From a virus (taxonomy: Duplodnaviria > Heunggongvirae > Uroviricota > Caudoviricetes): a DNA stretch of 64,000 nucleotides. The translations under genes and the position numbers were made by a program. Positions 58,687 through 64,000 of the stretch are shown in pieces. The notes beneath the pieces were generated by a model. That model was not told the origin of the DNA. It made no database searches and worked only from the letters and a program-made list of their open reading frames with translations. Numbering within the stretch: position 1 is the stretch's first letter; each line of letters starts with the position of its first letter. The stretch is from the IMG/VR virus record IMGVR_UViG_3300045988_158233; one strand, written 5' to 3'.

Positions 58687-59256
58687 ATGTGCAAGAAATG
58701 CAAAGCGATAGCTGATGAACAAAACGCCTTATTCGAAGAAATGGATGCTAATGAACTGGTCAAAATGTTAGCCATTCTTCGAGGAATAGAAGACGTTTCC
58801 ATATTTGAGAGAGTGGTTACAGCACTTAATTTTGAGTCCACCTTTGAAGAGCCAACTCAGGTTGTAGCTTTAGCACATCATTTCGGTGTTCATTATCTTG
58901 CTGAAAAAGAGCGCGCTGATAAGTTGCAGGCGACTTTGGATATGGTGAGCGAGACTCAACGAACTGATGACACTAACAAGAGTGAGGCGATTATTGCCAG
59001 CAAAGATCGTGAAATTGCTGGGCTTAAATCCTCTCTAACGATGTTGATGTCTGCGTTCAATCTTATGTCTTCTCAGGCGGGTTATAAAATGCCATCACTA
59101 AACAGCGATGATCCGATGGCCGTTCGTCAGCTTTTGGGAGCAATGGCCGACCAACTCGACGACACAAAGAGTCGCCTTGAAGACATGATGCGTGAGTTAA
59201 GCCATCGACATAACCTCGCAACACAACCACACAAAGTCTTTCAAAGCTCTAATTGA
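58687..59256 (+). CDS. Hypothetical protein
   Basis: 189-aa ORF, helical. Confidence 0.4.
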   Translation: MCKKCKAIADEQNALFEEMDANELVKMLAILRGIEDVSIFERVVTALNFESTFEEPTQVVALAHHFGVHYLAEKERADKLQATLDMVSETQRTDDTNKSEAIIASKDREIAGLKSSLTMLMSAFNLMSSQAGYKMPSLNSDDPMAVRQLLGAMADQLDDTKSRLEDMMRELSHRHNLATQPHKVFQSSN

Positions 59257-59310
59257 TCTGATATGGCCGCATGATCGGCCATATTGTGTTGATAAAAACA
59301 AGGGTGAAAA

Positions 59311-59592
59311 ATGGCATACGGTACAGGGATTTACAACAATAAAGGAATTAACGTTACTGGCTTCCTTACACCTATTTTTTTTCTTGATCGATTTACGGCG
59401 TCATCAGGCTCTAAGACGTACTCTAATCCGCCACCGGGTAAATCACTACATGCCGTGTGGTCATTAATGCCTCTTAACAACGACAACTACATCAATTTAC
59501 CTGTTCCAAATGTTACTATTAATGGAAATACGGTTAGTTGGTCAAATTTATATACGGGGCTTGGTTCTTACATATACACATACTGGGGATAA
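59311..59592 (+). CDS. Hypothetical protein (AT-rich pair, gene 1)
   Basis: 93-aa ORF; Asn/Gly/Thr/Tyr-rich. Confidence 0.35.
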   Translation: MAYGTGIYNNKGINVTGFLTPIFFLDRFTASSGSKTYSNPPPGKSLHAVWSLMPLNNDNYINLPVPNVTINGNTVSWSNLYTGLGSYIYTYWG

Positions 59593-59594
59593 TT

Positions 59595-60209
59595 ATGTTC
59601 GGGATGTCAATTACTCAATCAGATGGAAGTTTGTGGATGAGTCCAGAATTTACTCCGCAAAATCTGATTAATAAAGGGACAATGTCTACATCTAAAGGTT
59701 CTGTTTTTCAAACATCAATCCCATCAAACAAATCATGTTTTTTTTTCATAAAAAGCAGTAATAAGGCGAACATGATGTTTATTCATGAGCATAGTAACGG
59801 ATACAATGCTCTCAGATTGCATCAGGTAAATGGTAGCCCCGGAACAATAACAGTTTATGCTTTTTCTGATATGGTGTTACCACATTCTGGCTATGGCATT
59901 GCCATGTATAACAGCGCAGGCGCAATGGTGTATCACGGTGAGATGATGCCCCTTGATGCGAAACTTATCACTATTTCTGACCCTCAATTTACAATAGATA
60001 TGGGGTATCCATGTGCGGTAATGCCTGCTATGGTTGGAGTATATAACTATAGACGAACCGATTACGACAGACCTGTCTATGTAACAATGACAGGTGCAAC
60101 TGGAAACCAAGTATATAACGGTCAATGGTATTCCGGTAATGTCACATGGGATATTAAGAAGATTTATACAAACAAAATTCTGGTGATAAATACCTCCAAG
60201 TATGATTAG
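59595..60209 (+). CDS. Hypothetical protein (AT-rich pair, gene 2)
   Basis: Internal ATG of track ORF 59538..60209, 2 nt after the previous stop; Tyr/Asn/Gly-rich beta-type composition. Confidence 0.35.
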   Translation: MFGMSITQSDGSLWMSPEFTPQNLINKGTMSTSKGSVFQTSIPSNKSCFFFIKSSNKANMMFIHEHSNGYNALRLHQVNGSPGTITVYAFSDMVLPHSGYGIAMYNSAGAMVYHGEMMPLDAKLITISDPQFTIDMGYPCAVMPAMVGVYNYRRTDYDRPVYVTMTGATGNQVYNGQWYSGNVTWDIKKIYTNKILVINTSKYD

Positions 60210-60312
60210 CCAATGCCTTTATTTGAAGGATTGCCTGTTTATTTCTATTTAGTACCTTTTCATTTTTGAAATAATTGCACCATTAAACAAATCACTTCTT
60301 AATGGTGCAATT

Positions 60313-61998
60313 ATGAATACAGCCCTTTCCATCATCGACGATGCCAACTCAAACACTGCTATCGACTATCGGCAGGAAATGAACGTCATCCACGAAATTG
60401 TGGCCGAGTGCGAGAAAGAGATCGCCTTCATGTATCAGGTTCACGACTTCGTTTATGGCGACGAACGCCACAACATGATTAATCGCCTGCTGAGACTAAA
60501 CCATCGACCAGATGAAGATCGCTCGCGTTTAAATCGAGGTTGGTTGGATAAAGTCGATCTGGAATGGGTGAAACAGAATATTTGGGCCGAGTACTGGAGG
60601 AAGGTCACGGACATGACTAACGTTTTGCTGATCATGCCAGCTTCCCGTCGAGATGAGTGGCGCGAGCAGTTTATAGAGGGCAAACAGGAAGTCATCAAAA
60701 CTGACAGAACCGGCTACCAGATGAAGGTTAAAGAGTTCGTTGGTGTACCGGAGTTCAAAGCAGAAACGGTCATACCCACGATGCTTAATTTGCTGAATGA
60801 CAGGCACAAATATCTCTCTGAGCGCGTGTATGGCTTGTTTAAGGCGCTGAGTCCTGCGCACAAGACAAATAAGACAAACGGTTTCAGCGAGCGTCTGATA
60901 ATCGCTGACTGCATTTCTGATTTCTGGCGGGACAGCGTTAGCGTGAACTATCGCAAAGAGGACTACATCGACGATCTGCGTGTCTTGCTTCATTTCTTCG
61001 CGCACAAAGAATTTATTACCATCAACCGCACTGCTGAGGTGCTATCAGCTGCGTATCGGGCAAACGACTGCCAGACCGGTGACTGGATGAACGTCGATGG
61101 AAATCTGATGCGCGTGAAGATGTTCAAGAACGGCAACGTTCACTTTGAAATACATCCTGACGTGGCCTGGAAGTTGAATGAGGTGCTGGCTTACAGTATG
61201 CCTGCTGCAATTCCCGCGCCATGCCGAACTGCGCCAAAAACACGGGCACCAAAGCAGTTCGGGTTAATCCAGAAGACGATCTCCGTGCCGGTTCGCACTG
61301 CGCTTCGTGACGGGCGATTTAGCAAAGACAAAGGCGTATGGTACTTCTCTGATTCAGCTCTCCAGAAGTCGCAGGTGGAAGAGCTTGAGCGCACACTGAG
61401 CTTCATTGGCGGCGTGCAGGAGAAAAAGCACTGGCAGTTCCCGTATGAGATCGGCCATACGCTAAATACGATTGTGGCTACCGGTTTAATACCGGATACA
61501 AAATCACACCAGTTCTACCCTACCCCACGCTTGATTGCTGAGTACGTTGCCAGAGCCACTGAATTGAAGCCTGGTGAGAAGTTGTTGGAGCCTCAAGCCG
61601 GACGTGGGGATCTTCTGGCCTATATTAACGCCGATCTGGAAGATGTTACCTGCATAGAAATCGCACCTCTCTTCGCTGATATCCTGCGTGGAAAAGGGTA
61701 TACGAACACGATTTGCTGCGACTTCATAAAGTGGTCTGAGGACAACGCAGGTTATCAGTTCGACAAAATCGTTATGAACCCGCCGTACTCGCTTGGTCGT
61801 CATAGAGAGCACACGCTGGCTGCGCTGGGGCATCTGAAAGTCGGCGGGCGTCTTGTAGCAGTATTGCCGGGCACTGCGCCAATACTGGACTGGATGACGA
61901 TGGATAATTACGTTTATGCCAGAGGGAAGTCGTTTACCAACGAGTTTGAAGACACAGGGATCACAGTCAGCGTATACGTTTTCAAACGCGTTAAATGA
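60313..61998 (+). CDS. Two-domain protein: unknown N-terminal domain (~370 aa) fused to a C-terminal N6-adenine DNA methyltransferase domain
   Basis: C-terminal AdoMet-binding motif LLEPQAGRGDL followed ~70 aa later by catalytic NPPY (VMNPPYSLG); N-terminal two-thirds unrecognised. Confidence 0.55.
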   Translation: MNTALSIIDDANSNTAIDYRQEMNVIHEIVAECEKEIAFMYQVHDFVYGDERHNMINRLLRLNHRPDEDRSRLNRGWLDKVDLEWVKQNIWAEYWRKVTDMTNVLLIMPASRRDEWREQFIEGKQEVIKTDRTGYQMKVKEFVGVPEFKAETVIPTMLNLLNDRHKYLSERVYGLFKALSPAHKTNKTNGFSERLIIADCISDFWRDSVSVNYRKEDYIDDLRVLLHFFAHKEFITINRTAEVLSAAYRANDCQTGDWMNVDGNLMRVKMFKNGNVHFEIHPDVAWKLNEVLAYSMPAAIPAPCRTAPKTRAPKQFGLIQKTISVPVRTALRDGRFSKDKGVWYFSDSALQKSQVEELERTLSFIGGVQEKKHWQFPYEIGHTLNTIVATGLIPDTKSHQFYPTPRLIAEYVARATELKPGEKLLEPQAGRGDLLAYINADLEDVTCIEIAPLFADILRGKGYTNTICCDFIKWSEDNAGYQFDKIVMNPPYSLGRHREHTLAALGHLKVGGRLVAVLPGTAPILDWMTMDNYVYARGKSFTNEFEDTGITVSVYVFKRVK

Positions 61999-62059
61999 TA
62001 GGTAAATACTTACTTAATTTGTGTAAGAATGTAATAACTAAACGATAAGAGAAAAACAC

Positions 62060-62764
62060 ATGAACAACCTCCAGTTAGAGCATTTTAACGTCACAGGCCA
62101 TTCTGATTTTCCTTTCAAGTTTACATTGAAAGGTTATGCAGAGGATGCGGTAGGCCAGATCATTATTGATAAAGGCATCGTTAAGTTTGAGGGGGATTTT
62201 GATGAATCCGCGAAAACATTCATAGACTTCGTTGCCAAACGTTGGAGCGAGCAATGGAAAGACCTGGAAAAGCGCGCTAATGAGTTTGATCGGTTCATGG
62301 ATGCAATGGATACAGCAAAAGAGGCTCTTGCTGCCGGGACTCCGTTAGATCTGGAGTCACTTTTCAACGGCGAAGTGGCCTCTGCGATGTTCGCCACCAT
62401 GTTCGCGGGTGAGTTCGTCCGCAGCGGTGCCAAAAACTACCTTGAGCTGGATTACAACGTCCCTGCAATTGGCGATTTCGTCGTTACCATCCAACGCAAA
62501 GAAGGTAAGACGCCAGGTGAACGCGTCGCAGAGCTTGAGGCCGTTGTGGATCAGCGTAACGGAGAGTGTGACCGTTTGATCAACGAGCTTCATGCACTTC
62601 GGGAAGAAAGAATATGCGCGGGTAGTAATACACGTAATGCAGCGGATATCTACTTCCAGTTAGTTGAGGAATGCCAGATTCCACCAGGTGGCTCTCTTGT
62701 CGATTACGTCAGACATTTAATGGCGGAAGTTAACTCCAGCCATAAAGATGGTGAGGTGCGCTGA
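62060..62764 (+). CDS. Hypothetical protein
   Basis: 234-aa ORF with conserved AGAAAAACACATG start context. Confidence 0.4.
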   Translation: MNNLQLEHFNVTGHSDFPFKFTLKGYAEDAVGQIIIDKGIVKFEGDFDESAKTFIDFVAKRWSEQWKDLEKRANEFDRFMDAMDTAKEALAAGTPLDLESLFNGEVASAMFATMFAGEFVRSGAKNYLELDYNVPAIGDFVVTIQRKEGKTPGERVAELEAVVDQRNGECDRLINELHALREERICAGSNTRNAADIYFQLVEECQIPPGGSLVDYVRHLMAEVNSSHKDGEVR

Positions 62765-63144
62765 TGTTTGGCATTGATGCACAGCGTATAGCCGCTTTTG
62801 CAAAAAGTCCTCTTGATAATCCCTTGTCTCGTAGTGAGCAAATGGCGCTGGCAAGGCTTTTTCTTCACATTCAAAAACAGGCAGACGTTTTCAATAACAT
62901 GCCTGATCAACCTATTCTGGATGGTCACATCCAGATGGTCATTAACAGTCATGAGAAAGGCTGGGCTGCAATCGTCCCCTGCACAATTACATACAAGTTG
63001 GCGAAAGAGGTTCAAGAGTTTCGAAAAGCCAGTGTCGAATCGGAGTCTACCAAAGCCGCAATAAACACTCTTATTCGCATGGGGTTCACATGGACCGGTG
63101 GAGCCTACTGGCAAGCACCTCAACCCATTTTATCCGGCAATTAG
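62764..63144 (+). CDS. Hypothetical protein
   Basis: 126-aa ORF, start overlapping previous stop. Confidence 0.35.
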   Translation: MFGIDAQRIAAFAKSPLDNPLSRSEQMALARLFLHIQKQADVFNNMPDQPILDGHIQMVINSHEKGWAAIVPCTITYKLAKEVQEFRKASVESESTKAAINTLIRMGFTWTGGAYWQAPQPILSGN

Positions 63145-63282
63145 GCGCTACAAATCCTTCTGCATGAATAAATAAAGGCCATAACTTATGTCCTTAAATA
63201 AATTGTTTTCTACCTTTTCTTATTTGTGAAAATAAACCAGCACTTGGTAGTGCTTATGTAACAGCAAAGAAGAGAAAAACAC

Positions 63283-63738
63283 ATGAGTAACAAAATCGAA
63301 AATCCCGTAGTTCTCATTCACAAGCGCGAGAACCACGACTCCTATGCGGTGGCGATCACCAATGGGAGTCACGATTTTTACGATGGCCTGCTAATGGCCT
63401 CAGTGTCGCCTGATGAGGCAGACAACTCTTTTGCCGTCTTCGCTATGGTTGGTTACTACATGGCTGCCGAAATTGAGAAGTTGCGGGCGCAGAGAGACGC
63501 ATTAGCGGCGGAGAATGCAGCCCTGAAAGAATCTGAGCGAGCATTCGATGCGATGTGTGCCGAGGAACACGGAGATAATTGGGTTAGCGAATTAACGGAG
63601 ACTCCAGCAACCGATGCTTTTCTGGCTGAAGTACGTGCGCAGGGCGTGGAGATGTTTGCTGAGTGCGCATACACACTTGAACATCATGATCACGCAGTAG
63701 CTTTTGCCGCTGAGCTTCGTACAGGAGCTAAACAGTGA
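63283..63738 (+). CDS. Hypothetical protein
   Basis: 151-aa ORF with conserved AGAAAAACACATG start context. Confidence 0.4.
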   Translation: MSNKIENPVVLIHKRENHDSYAVAITNGSHDFYDGLLMASVSPDEADNSFAVFAMVGYYMAAEIEKLRAQRDALAAENAALKESERAFDAMCAEEHGDNWVSELTETPATDAFLAEVRAQGVEMFAECAYTLEHHDHAVAFAAELRTGAKQ

Positions 63739-64000
63739 ATGAGATTTACTACCTGACGTTACGTGAACGTTATTCACCAAAACCAGCGCCTAAATGCTCT
63801 GTTTGTGGCGAGGAAATGTCAATACAGCGCATATCTGGAGCACATGTTGTTTATGCCTGTTCCGGTGAGGGTGATGACGGATATTTTAAGATAGGGCGTA
63901 CTTTTGCAGACGAACATTATGAAAAATCACGCGTAACAGTAGTTGATGATAGTGATCCCGATGTGATTGCACTGCTGGACGAACTGGATAAAAGACAGCA

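Overview
This 64-kb window reads as one contiguous stretch of an enterobacterial phage-plasmid: a tailed-phage genome that also carries plasmid maintenance functions. From memory the gene content resembles SSU5/pHCM2-like elements; this is recollection, not a database result. Coding is dense and mostly on the + strand. In order: the 3' part of a tail-fibre gene with tandem fibre repeats, a putative lysis cassette with overlapping spanins, a ParA/RHH partition pair, a replication block (DnaB-like helicase, primase, ligase), four clustered tRNAs (Asn, Tyr, Thr, Ser), an integrase plus HTH repressor switch, a vWA/AAA+ (CobT/CobS-like) pair, a DnaE-type polymerase, SSB-like, flap endonuclease and RecA-like genes, an iteron-flanked repA replicon, SbcCD, host-like nucleotide-metabolism genes (nrdA/nrdB/thyA/folA), a DnaQ-like exonuclease, two methyltransferases and RNase H. 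The strongest candidates for an undescribed system are two lone, visibly AT-rich, minus-strand morons inserted between backbone genes: a PD-(D/E)xK-like nuclease candidate at 30000..30980 and a membrane-anchored 406-aa protein at 18752..19972 beside the tRNA cluster. Neither matches a named system I can recognise. Other notable points are a 44-bp tandem duplication that frameshifts nrdA, a recurring AAACAA-N-TTGTTT palindrome with a conserved AAAGGAAAAACACATG start context, a recurring ATGATTCCATAC 12-mer around the tRNA/integrase region, and a ~580-bp structured non-coding region before RNase H. All calls come from reading the sequence and the ORF track; no searches were run, and GC statements are by eye.
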